Part shown: piece by piece, positions 28,066 to 40,600 of the stretch
How the letters are laid out: each line of letters starts with the position of its first letter
Position numbering within the stretch: position 1 is the first letter of the stretch
Source: Laetmonice hystrix
Taxonomy: Eukaryota
Assembly (NCBI GenBank): GCA_965235115.1
Contig: OZ249436.1
Coordinates: 35,094,001-35,158,000, forward strand
Length of the DNA stretch: 64,000 nt
Direction of reading: 5' to 3'
Position numbers and translations under genes: made by a program
Notes under the pieces: generated by a model
The model's database searches: none
Told to the model about the DNA's origin: nothing
What the model saw: the letters and a program-made list of their open reading frames with translations, nothing else

Positions 28066-29152
28066 CTGGATTTTGAAAATCATAAAGGAACGTCTGTCAG
28101 ATCTCGAAAGTAACTGAGATGTATGGTGTAGTATGGTGTGGTATGGTATGGTGTGGTGTGGTATGGTAATGGTAGTCGTGTCGGCCTCACTAAGACAAAC
28201 CTTTCGAGGGCTACATGTGGTTGATTTAGGCCGACGTCCTTGCGTTAACTCCACACCAAAACGGTAGGTGTCGCTTGCTGTTCTCCCTCTTTCTGTCTCC
28301 CTTCCCATTTATCACGGTGGCACAAGCTAGAGCTATTTACAGTGGCGGATTTAAGGGGGTGTTACTGGGGTTGCAACCCCACCCCTCGTTACGAAGTAAT
28401 TTTTCTTTTTTCCTGCTTGAAAGGTTCAACAAAACATACACCCCCGCAGCACCCACAACCCCCCACCCCAAACCCACACCCCCACCCCCCACCGCCGTTG
28501 GCGAAAACCTAGATCCAAGCCTAATTTTATATTGTTATGTACCATAGGCCTGGCGAATGAGATATGCTTTGGATTTGTATAGATGGAATAATGAATTTCA
28601 TTTTTATCGAAAAAAAGGATAGTATCGCCTATGAGTTGGCCACATTCGGTGCAGCTTCCGTTCGAATTCCCCAATCCTAAACATTTGTGAATACTTATAA
28701 TAATTGCTTGACAGTGGTATTCTATTTTGAAAAACTAGCAAACCGGGGCGCATTCCAGGTCAATGTATTAGAACAAGAAGAACAAGAAGAATAGGGGAAG
28801 TCTGGGGACAATGGCGACCCTAACTTTTCCACAAGATATTTTGGAGTGACATGCACTATATTGAAACAAATCAAATACCCAATCAAACTTTTCTTTAATC
28901 TCAATCAACCTTTAATTTACAAGACAAATCAGACCAAGCATATGCCAATAATGTCCACCTTCTGACATAGGTCACACACAAAGTCAGGATAGTTTATGAT
29001 CATCAACGCAAGTATACCTCATGGGCCCACTGAAGGCAGTGGGTCCACCCTATACAAAACGAAGTAGATCTGACCAAATTTGGGAAAGGGAAGATTAAAG
29101 CCATTATAGATAGCCAATGTCAATTTTATTCATACAACAGTTCAAATATAGT

Positions 29153-29516
29153 CGGCCACATATTATCTGAGATGGCCACACATTATCTGAGATGACTACA
29201 TAATATCTGAGATGGCCACACATTATCTGAGATGGCCACATATTATCTGAGATGATTACATAATATCTGAGATGGCCACACATTATCTGAGATGGCCACA
29301 TATTATCTGAGATGGCCACGCATTATCTGAGATGGCCACATTATCTGAGATGGCCACACATTATCTGAGATGGCCACACATTATCTGAGATGGCCACACA
29401 TTATCTGAGATGGCCACACATTGTCTGAGATGGCCACACATTATCTGAGATGGCCACACATTATCTGAGATGACTACATAATATCTGAGATGGCCACACA
29501 TTATCTGAGATGGCCA
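29153..29516. repeat. 20-bp minisatellite, about 18 units
   Basis: ATTATCTGAGATGGCCACAC, with a recurring variant GATGA(C/T)TACATAATATC. Confidence 0.95.
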
Positions 29517-31681
29517 ATGTCAATTCCATCCATAAAACAGCTTATGACAGCCCGCCACCGGTCTGATTTATTGCCTCAGCTGGGGTTGTCATTAATAAAA
29601 AAAATCGTTCTATTCATCACAATGAAAATAACAGAGATGTGCAAACTCATGATCCTGGTACTGGTGTGTAGTTAGCACAAAGTGTTGTTTCTATTCATAC
29701 AACAGATCAAACCATAATTATAACCCGCCACCTATCAACGTTTTGTCCCAGCTGGGATTCATATTTACCAATTAACATTCCTATACCATTTCTTACAGTA
29801 CGCAGATTTCCCCGAGGACGCAAATCAGCTTCCACAGTCTACAGCTGGCCTCGTGTTGTATACATCAGTCACACTCGACGCATAGCTATCACCATAAAAC
29901 TTTTGTTCCACTTGGTTGAATCATTACGAATTGTTATTGTTATTGTTAAAACCAAAGCCACATCCAACGGTCGGCAAAGTCCCTGTCAAATAAAATAATG
30001 ACACTAAATCAATGATCATTATGCATGAAATGTGCCCTATTCACATAAATTGAGCCGATAACTGTTATAATTTTACATGAACTGTTCATCCGACACAACG
30101 CACTTCCATTCCAGTTTTGAAAGAAAAATTAAAGCTTTAAACCTAATCGTAACCCTAACTCAGATCCATTTGAATGGGAGCTAGATTATTTCAAGGCATA
30201 CAAACTAGTCCCATGGCACAGAGTTTGGTCGGATCTATATATAGCAGCTACATATTACCGGTTCAATTGTGTATGATATTTACCTAACCACATACGTTCA
30301 TCCATTTGTGTTTCATGAGACGCCCTTTGTCTTCAATCCCATCTTCCTTGACAGGAGAGGCTTCGCTTACTTCCTGGAAAAGGTAATGATGAACTGTACC
30401 TCAGCACATGTCCTACAGAGGTACATGAGTCTCTCATTGCTTGTTATAGGTGTAAAATCTATGTCGAAATCAGGGGAAAATTCAGGGGTTTACGAAGTTT
30501 CCTTTCTCCCTGTCACGAAATTCTGGGCAACCTCTACACGAGTGGTTGCGTTACATCAGTTCTGATGATCTGCAAGGCCCCGCTAATCAATAAGTGATTG
30601 TGATACTTAATTTGGCTCCAGACACGACGCCTTGGGTCCCAATACTAATTAGGTCAATGAAAAACTGGCAATCATGGGTCGAGAAAGACGTTGGGTAGGG
30701 TTAGTGCGAGGGGCAGGGCTTCCGATATGGATACATTGGGATGTTTTGGGGAGGGCAGGGGCGGGGATCTGTTGAGCGAGCTGTGATAGGTCTTTAATTG
30801 GCCTACTTACCACCACATTTTGTAAAGATCTACCGTAATTGGTCCAATCACTTTTGATATCTTGGTCAAATAAGGGGCCATCGATAGTTTCATCGGCCAT
30901 TCTAATTCAACACTGGAGGGAGTAACTGATTTCTTTTGCTGGATTTCAGCGACTAAAGTGCGAGTTTTCCGACGTTTTCGAACGTAATGAACACCTTATT
31001 GCCCTACCTTGACATTCAAGCCGACCATTCGTTCGATTTCTTGGTAGCTGAAATCAATAGGCCTTTTGTTACTATCCAATATAATATTTAGTATAATGGC
31101 TCAGATGAGGACACAATATCGAAGAGGGTTCAACAATTAATAAATACAGAATAGATTTGACATGATAAGTATAGCTACACCCAGAACATCAAACTATACA
31201 TTTTACCGAGTCTATGATTAAAAAGGGAGTAGAAAGAAATGATATAGTCACACCTTCAGGTAATCCGAGTTGTGTACAACATTGTTTTATACACACAAGT
31301 AAACCTCTGTATCTCAAAAAATCTTATTTGTTAAATTCCACTAGGGACTCCCCCACCTGGACCGTTGCCACGTTGCCATGACCCAATTTCCTAATAGATC
31401 GTCCGAGTACTTTGCTAAACAAAGTTTACCTTCAATTTCTAGGTTACTCGCCCTCATATAATACTTTTCATGCAAATCTCTGACAACTTTATTCAAGTTC
31501 TGTGTCCTTCTGGGTGTAGCATCAGCCTCTTCCGCATGGGGGACGATCCCAACAATGCATGACATAATCACTCCATTTGTCAGAAATGGGGGGTGGCCTA
31601 GCTGTGAGGGGAGACGGGTTGTCGTCGGGCATGGGTAGACGCTCGTTATGATTATAATTATTATTGAGCTGAACTGCATAC

Positions 31682-34600
31682 TCACTCAGTATTGGTAAAG
31701 TGTTCACAGTAGGGCAGCATACCACACATGATTTCAAAGCTCTCCCCAATGAGAGGACATCCCTCCAGGCTGCAACGATACAACCAGGAATTAAGGCTCT
31801 AGCTGGCATCGGTTCCACTGGGACAAGTACAGTAAAATTAAAGCAACACATGAATAATATCTATCATACAACCCAAAATATAACTAACATTTCAATCATA
31901 AATAGTCATTATATAATTAATATCTTAGCAAATTATACTTGCTGATCATAGTCCAGAACTTGAACAAATAAATGTTTACTCCTTCCATTCGGTCCGAATT
32001 GGTAGATGTTTACAAACACAACCAACGCAGTTCTACGCACTTGTTTTGTTTACATTCCCAAATTTGAACAGGCCTACCCTTTGTTTTGTTTTGCAGCCTA
32101 TGGCAAGCAAGAAACGTATGCAAACGTATTCATTAAAAATTGGACACTATAGAGAGGCTATTTCTGTCCGTTAATACATTATACTTGCGTCTCTATAAAA
32201 TGTTAAGGTGCTCTATGGCGACGGAAACAGCGACTTCAAGGGTTCAAACTGACTGCAGTTTGACTACAAAAGTGCCTTTTATGATAACGCTTTAAAAAGG
32301 TCGCAATGTGCCGTACGACTTATCACTAAGTAAGGATAAATGCGCCATTAACAGTAGGCCTACAATTAGAAAGAAGGGATACAGACCTGAGGAACTTGAG
32401 CTTTTTGTTGGAAATCAGACATTCTGCTAGCCTCGAGAGGGAAGCATCATTTATGTTTGTGCGCAGCAATCTGAAACAAGTCATTATCTCTAATAATTAT
32501 TAATTAAAGCTCGAAATGACCAATTACTGATATTTTAATCAGCCTTTTTATGTTAGGTGTAGCCAATAAAGAAGAAAGTGACTCATGGATGTCACATTTA
32601 TTTGTTTTGTATGTATATAACAAAACCACCTACGATATGGACTGTAATGTATTATTTGTCACTAGCATCTGTGTCATCTTGTTCAGTCCCCATGGGCCCA
32701 CATTCGTTTCAATAACACTGAAAGAAAATGGAGACGATAAAGGTAAATTCTAAGCTGACATTCAGCAGGCGATTTGATCTTTTCAGCAAGTTTAGAAGCA
32801 CATCGATGCACACAAAAAGTATTTTCGATATTTTTTAGTGAGATCAGACTTCGACACGAAAATTGCCAGCCATGCTGTCCCTGTAGGGGGAAGCAAGCGG
32901 ACACTAGCAACAGGAGAAAATAACAATCAGGGCCGGGCCATATTCTGTGCCAACAGTTCAGATATCATAACCAGGAGAGTTGAACGTCTCAAATAATTGT
33001 ATAATTTTTTGTTACATCATATTAATGAAATTTAAATTTCAACAAGGATCCTAACAGAAAAGGTGGACAAACCATAGGCCTATCAGTGTGCTGTTAGATT
33101 CGAGACACGCCGCTAGATTTGCCAGAGAGCTGCCGTCCATACCGGGTAATTGTAATCTGAAGAAGACAAACAGGGGACAGGATAATGCATTAGTATTGAC
33201 CCCTTCAAAACAGTTTATTGGTGAATAAGTTCGAGGCTGGATGGAATTCTGCGGAACACGACGCACTAACGTGTTCGCTACATTGACAGTTTCAGTGTGA
33301 TCAGCTTGTCGTGGTGATAGCACGTGAACCGTCGGCGACTATCGTTCTACACATCGGGGCAGCTAAAGTCGAACTTTCCGGGTGGATTCAACTATGCCTG
33401 GTTCCCTATTTTACACTCTCCAGCGCAGTGGCGGATCCATTGTGGTGTCGGCGAGGTCCAGACCCCCCCCCCCCCCTCAAATTTCCCAAATTTCACTTTT
33501 TATAACTAAAATGCCTTATTTTTTTACAACAGCCCCCACCCCTCGATTTGCCCTTTATATGCTGGACCCCTCCCCCGCCCCGAATATAGACCCTATAGAT
33601 CCGCCCCTGCAGCCTGTGCTTCTAATTATCACATGCTGCAGAGTACAGCTTGCAATTATAACGTTAAAAAGTAATACATTACGTCTACACGTACGCCTAT
33701 ATTTTGAGAATCCAGGTAATTTCTGGTCCGCGATTTTATTTTTCTCAATTCGTATGGGGCTCCATATTTAATATTTAGACCATAGCAAGACGTGAGTACT
33801 TTGACATTTTTAATATTATTTTATCTGATGTACATCGGATGAGCCAAGTAATGCCGTCGATAGCAGAGTTGGAGGATTAATTTCTTGTTGTTTGAAAGTT
33901 GCATCATTTATGTTTGTTTCCCCCAATCCGAAATCAAAGTTATTATCTCTTAGATACATTAATTAACGCTTGAAATGACTAATTACTGATATTTTAATAA
34001 GACTTTATCTTAGGTGTCAGACCCGTAGCCAGAATTTCATGGGGGCAGCAGATTTAGAAGAACGGACTAACCATGATTGTGACTCCACAGATGAGCACCA
34101 AAGGCTGAAAATTGTCGTTAACTAATTAGCCGGTAGATGGAGCGACAGAAAGTAAAGCGACACCTTGACGGGAAAGGCGATTTGGGGTTAGCCTATAGGC
34201 CTACTTGCTCAGGTCACGGCAGCGTCAGCGGCAGGGAGCATGGATTGTGAATCTTATTGTGAATCTTTCTTCTTTTTTTGGGCGGGGGGGGGGGCGGTCG
34301 CTCCCCCCTCTCCCCCCCCCCCGGCTACGGGCCTGGGTGTATCCATTAAAGGAGAAAGTGACTCATGACTGTAACATTCATTAGTTTTGTATGTATATAA
34401 CAAAACCACATACGATATGGCCTGTAATGTAGTATTTTTCAACAGCATCTGTGTCATCTTGTTCAGTCCCCATGGGCCCACATTCATTCCGGCAAGGCTG
34501 AAAAAAATGCAGACGATAAAGGTAATTTCTAAGCTGCAACTCCAACTCCCCATGGGAGGGTGCTAATTTTGGGTTAAAAGTCCGGGCGAAGGAATTTCTT

Positions 34601-37600
34601 GGCGGGAGTTATAAAAAAGGCAACTTTATCTTTTCAGCACGTTTAGAATGAAATCAATTCACACAAAAAGTACTTTCGATATTCAGTGAGATCAGATACT
34701 GCGGTGCAAAAAAATGACAGGTGTCCCTCCTCTCAAGAGGAAGGAAGTGGACACTAGCGACGGGAGAAAATAACAATCAGGACCGTGCCATATTCTGTAC
34801 CAACAATTCAGATATCATAACCAGCAGAAACGTCTCAAATAATTGTATAATTTTTTGTTACATCATATTAATGAAATTTAAATTTCAACAAGGATCCTAA
34901 CAGAAAAGGTGGACAAACCATAGGCCTGTCAGTGTGCTGTTAGATTCGAGACACGCCACTAGATTTGCCAGAGAGCTGCCATCGATACCGGGTAAATCTA
35001 ATCTGAAGAAGACAAACAGGGGACAGGATAATGCATTAGTATTGACCCCTTCAAAACAGTTTATTGGTGAATAAGTTCGAGGCTGGATGGTATTTTGAGG
35101 AACACGACGCTCTAATGGCTTAGTCCCACTGGGCATTTTTGACCCCGGGGATACTCTCCCAATGTAAATTGAAGAGCCTCGGGAGGCGTCGGGAACAGGT
35201 TCCCCGGTGTTCCGGGGAAGCCTCGGGATCGTCGGGAGCCATGTTGAACCTTCAGGAGGCATCGGGAGGCATCGGAAGAACGCGAAAAAAATTCAATGCC
35301 TGCATTGAAATTTTTCCTGATGTGTTCCCGACGTTTTGTCGGTAAAACAGGCCGGGGAGGCAACCCCGTAGCTTTTCCGAGCCCCGGGGAAGCCCCTGAG
35401 CTACCGCGAAACCTTCATCCCTCCCCCCTCCGAACCTCGTGTGTTGTTTCGGCGAAGGATCAGGGAACCTCCAGGGATATTTTGATCTCCGCCGCATGTC
35501 CGGCGACCTCTCAGCGACCTGTCGGTGATACATTCCCGATGTGGGGTTGCATTCCCGAATATTCGCAGAAATGTCGGTGATTGAAAGTGCATTCTTCCCA
35601 TACCTCACTGATGCTTCCCCGAGGCACCGGGGAAGCATCGGTGAGTTTTTCGAACCATCCCCGGTGCCTCGGGGAAGGGTTATTGGGGAGGCACCGGGGA
35701 TGGATCGCAAGTACTCACCGATGCTTCCCCTGATCTACGGAGATATTCCCCCGATGGTGTTTCAAATTCGAGGTAGCTCCGGGACACCTTCGCCGATTAT
35801 CAGCGAAGGTACCCCGGGGCTTTCCCGGCCATCCCCGATGATTCACGGCCATTGTTCGGAGGACAGTCCCCGGACCGTCCCCGATGCCGAATGAGTGTCA
35901 TCTGTAATTGGACTGCTCCGTTGTTTGGGCCAAAAACATCGGGAGCATCGGGACCCATCGGGAGACAATTAGTGTATTTCTACATCGCCGATGATTTGTC
36001 CCCAGTGGGACCTAAGCATTACGTGTTCGCTACATTGACAGTTTCAGTGTGATCCGCCTGTCGTGGTGATAGTGATGGTGAACCATCAGCGACAATTGTT
36101 CTACACATCGGGGCAGCTAATGCTTAGGTCCCACTGGGGAAAAATCATCTGCGATGTAGAAATACACAAATCGGCTCCCGATGGCTCCCGATGGCTCCCA
36201 ATGCTCCCGAAGTTTTTGGCCCAAACAACGGAGCAGTCCCATTACAGATGGCACGCATTAGGCATCGGGAATGGTCCAGAGAATGTCCCCCGAACAATGG
36301 CCATGAATCATCGGGGATGGCTCCTGATAGCCGGGAAAGCCCCGGGGTACCTTCGGCGATAATCGGCGAAGGTGCCCCGGAGCTACCCCGAATTTAAAAC
36401 ACCATCGGGGAAATATCCCCGTAGATTAGGGGAAGCATCGGTGCATGAGTACTTGCGAACCATCCCCGGTGCCTCCCCAATAACCCTTCCCCGAGGCACC
36501 GGGGATGGTTCGCAAGTACTCACCGATGCTTCCCCGGTGCCTCGGGGAAGCATTGGGGAGGTATGGGAAGAATGCACTTTCAACCATGACCGACATTTCG
36601 GCGAATATTCGGGAATGCAACCCCACATCGGGAATGTATCACCGACAGGTCGCTGATAGGTCGCCGGACATGCGGCGGAGATCAAAATATCCCCGGAGGT
36701 TCCCTGATCCTTCGCCGAAACAACACACGAGGTTCGGGGGGACGAAGGTTCCGCGGAAGCTCAGGGGAAGCATCCCCGGGGCTTCCCCGGGGCTCGGGAA
36801 AGCTACGGGGTTGCCTCCCCGGCCTGTTTTACCAACAAAACGTCGGGAACACATCAGGAAAAATTTCAATGCAGACATTGAAATTTTGTGCAGTTCTCCC
36901 GATGCCTCCCGATGGTTCCACATATGGCTCCCGATGCTCCCGAGGCTTCCCCGGAACACCGGGGAACCTTTTCCCGACGCCTCCCGAGGCTCTTCAATTT
37001 ACATCGGGAGAACATCCCCGAGGCCAAAAATGCCCAGTGGGACTGAGCCATAAAGTCGAACTTCCCGGGTTGATTCAACTGTGCCTGGTTCCCTATCTTA
37101 CACTCTCCAGTGTGTGCTTATTTCTAATTATCACATGCTGCGGTGTAAAGCTTGCAATTATAACGTTAAATAGTAATGCATTGCGTTTACACGTACATTA
37201 TGAGAATCCAGGTAATTTCTGGTCCCCGATTTCATTTCTCTCAATTCGTATGGGGCTCCATATTTAATAATTAGACCATAGTAAGACGAGAGTATATTGT
37301 CATTTTTGATATTTATGCGATGTACATCCTAGAGTATAAACCAAGTAATGCCGTTGATAACAGAGTTGGAGGAATGAAATCACAGTTGAAGATTACTTAG
37401 ATTACCATATCCATGTTGACTCCATTTTTCAAATAAAGGTTGTGCAACCAAACTTCCAAACAAAATCCTCTTATGTTGGGTATATCCAAGGCACAATATG
37501 TTTGATTGAGTAGTTTAGGCCTACACTTACACGAGATAAATTCGTCCAAAAATGCTTACCAGAGATACAAATGGTATTATTTCTGTTTCCAACAGTGTGC

Positions 37601-40600
37601 TTAAAGGGGCATATTATGAAGAAACGTGAAAAATCGGTATTTCAAAGAACTTTTGCTGTTTTCATCAAGAGATCCTTCATTAATATTGCTTGGTAAACAA
37701 AGACATCAGTTATCAGTTTCATTTTGCGTGAGAAATCGAAGTTTATGAAGCTCCCTTGCCCGCTTTTCTGCCGATTTCGTAAAATATTTTTTGGGTGGCA
37801 TTCTGATTCCGGACGATCGAGTGCAACTGCTGAATTGTTTACAACTAAACGAAGCACGTGACTAAGCACATGCAGAGAGTGCACACACAGGATGTGACAC
37901 AGTATGCAATTACACGGGTTGATGGGAGGTTGTCTATAGCAAATTATGGCGGGAGATGTGCTATCGGGAGAAATCTATAGGTTTGGTCGTATAGAATCTA
38001 CTTGCGCTGCATACGCAGCGAAAATACGTCGGAGGACAAAATGCTGTGGTAGGATTATTTACTTGGATCCCTAGTACACGATCATGTTGGATAATTGCCG
38101 GAAATCTAAAAAAAACGTGTTTCATAGCATGCCCCTTTAAGTAAATAAGCTCAAGCTCTCCCTATCTCTGTGGTTATATCTCTTTCTTCATCTCTCCCTC
38201 TTAATTGCGTGCAGGTTTTTACCGCCGTTTCAATAAATCCAGTATTAAAAAGCACATACATTAAGTTAACCACCGTTCTGTTCCTTGATAACATCTTTGC
38301 CAACGTGTCAAGTCCCTCCGATCCGGTCTTTGTCACTGTTAGACTGTAAAGAAATGGCCCAGGTTATAAAAGAGATCTAATTTTGATAGTAAGAAAGAAG
38401 AAAGAAAGTTTTAAGTAGGTTGAAAAAGGTCTACCGTTCAAATGTTGCATGTCAAAAAGCAGGTGATCGGGTTTACTCAGAAGTCGATCTAATGTATATA
38501 GGCATATAATATATTTTCAAATATACAACATATACCAACATTTCACAGGAATATTGTGTAACTTCTTGTGTGACATTTTTGTTATAATTATATTCCAAGA
38601 AGGATCCACGTCACCGTTGTGTTTCTGTATCAGGTTCCAAGTGGATTTTTTGTCTACAGTGAACATAATTCTTTTGTACATGAAGTAGTATGTCGGTGAC
38701 TAGCTGTGTATGTATCTGTATGTGTCGGTAATAGAAAATTAAATAAGAATAAGGATCCAGGTACAAAGGGGGACAAACCTTAGGGTTTTCATTGTGCTGT
38801 TTGATTCTAGCGATTCCGCCAATTTCACAAGAGAACCCCCGTCGATACCAGACACTTCTAATCTGAAAAAGGTAATCAAATTATAAATGTTCTCTCTCTC
38901 TCTCTCTCCCTCCCTCCCTCCCTCCCTCCCTCCCTCCCTCCCTCCCTCCCTCCCTCCCTCCTGCTGAATTGTTTACAACTAAACGAAGCACGTGACTAAG
39001 CACATGCAGAGAGTGCACACACAGGATGTGACACAGTATGCAATTACACGGGTTGATGGGAGGTTGTCTATAGCAAATTATGGCGGGAGATGTGCTATCG
39101 GGAGAAATCTATAGGTTTGGTCGTATAGAATCTACTTGCGCTGCATACGCAGCGAAAATACGTCGGAGGACAAAATGCTGTGGTAGGATTATTTACTTGG
39201 ATCCCTAGTACACGATCATGTTGGATAATTGCCGGAAATCTAAAAAAAACGTGTTTCATAGCATGCCCCTTTAAGTAAATAAGCTCAAGCTCTCCCTATC
39301 TCTGTGGTTATATCTCTTTCTTCATCTCTCCCTCTTAATTGCGTGCAGGTTTTTACCGCCGTTTCAATAAATCCAGTATTAAAAAGCACATACATTAAGT
39401 TAACCACCGTTCTGTTCCTTGATAACATCTTTGCCAACGTGTCAAGTCCCTCCGATCCGGTCTTTGTCACTGTTAGACTGTAAAGAAATGGCCCAGGTTA
39501 TAAAAGAGATCTAATTTTGATAGTAAGAAAGAAGAAAGAAAGTTTTAAGTAGGTTGAAAAAGGTCTACCGTTCAAATGTTGCATGTCAAAAAGCAGGTGA
39601 TCGGGTTTACTCAGAAGTCGATCTAATGTATATAGGCATATAATATATTTTCAAATATACAACATATACCAACATTTCACAGGAATATTGTGTAACTTCT
39701 TGTGTGACATCTTTGTTATAATGATATTCCAAGAAGGATCCACGTCACCGTTGTGTTTCTGTATCAGGTTCCAAGTGGATTTTTTGTCTACAGTGAACAT
39801 AATTCTTTTGTACATGAAGTAGTATGTCGGTGACTAGCTGTGTATGTATCTGTATGTGTCGGTAATAGAAAATTAAATAAGAATAAGGATCCAGGTACAA
39901 AGGGGGACAAACCTTAGGGTTTTCATTGTGCTGTTTGATTCTAGTGATTCCGCCAATTTCACAAGAGAACCCCCGTCGATACCAGACACTTTTAATCTGA
40001 AAAAGGTAATCAAATTATAAATGTTCTCTCTTTCTCTCTTTCTTTCTCTCTTTCTCCCTCCCTCCCTCCCTCCCTCCCTCCCTCCCTCCCTCCCTCCCTC
40101 CCTCCCTCCCTCCCTCCCTCCCTCCCTCCCTCCCTCCCTCCCTCCCTCCCTCCCTCCCTCCCTCCCTCCCTCCCTCCCTCCCTCTGTTAATTGGTTCATG
40201 GATTTTACCACTACTTCAATCAAATCAGTATTAAAAAGCACGTACTTTAACATGCCCAAAGTACTGTTCCTTGATAACATCTTTGCCAATGGGACAAATC
40301 CCTCCGATCCCGTCTCAGTCCATTTCAGACTGTAAGGTAATGGCCCAGAATATAAAAGAGCTCGAATTTTGACACATAGAAAGTTGTAATAGCTTGAAAA
40401 AAGGTTGCTGTTTAAATTATACACGATATCTGACCTCGGAATTATTTTATTATTGATGTGCATCACATATTTTCTAAGTAATACTGATAACATGTTCAGG
40501 AAAAGATACGCCAAAGAGAAGTCAGACCAAAACTTGACATAAAACTCTGATTTTAACCAAGAAAGCTTTAATATTAGCGATGTTGGCGAGGATGTTGGAA

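Larger units (their letters stand above)
32443..37373. repeat. Older tandem duplication carrying an A+B LRR exon pair (copy 1 about 32443-33877, copy 2 about 33900-37373)
   Basis: Intron and exon sequence is collinear once copy-specific MITE insertions are removed. Confidence 0.9.

Noticed and set aside
35112..37267. Many overlapping ORFs of 66-182 aa
   Set aside because: They arise from GC-rich, stop-poor non-autonomous elements on both strands; no transposase motifs.
37560..37600. Possible extra LRR exon ending at a GTAAGC donor
   Set aside because: No 84-bp phase-2 exon can be rebuilt even after removing the adjacent TTAA MITE.
39873..40514. 213-aa ORF with GGRE repeats and its PPSL antisense ORF
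   Set aside because: Read-through of a (CCCT)n microsatellite joining two real 84-bp exons.
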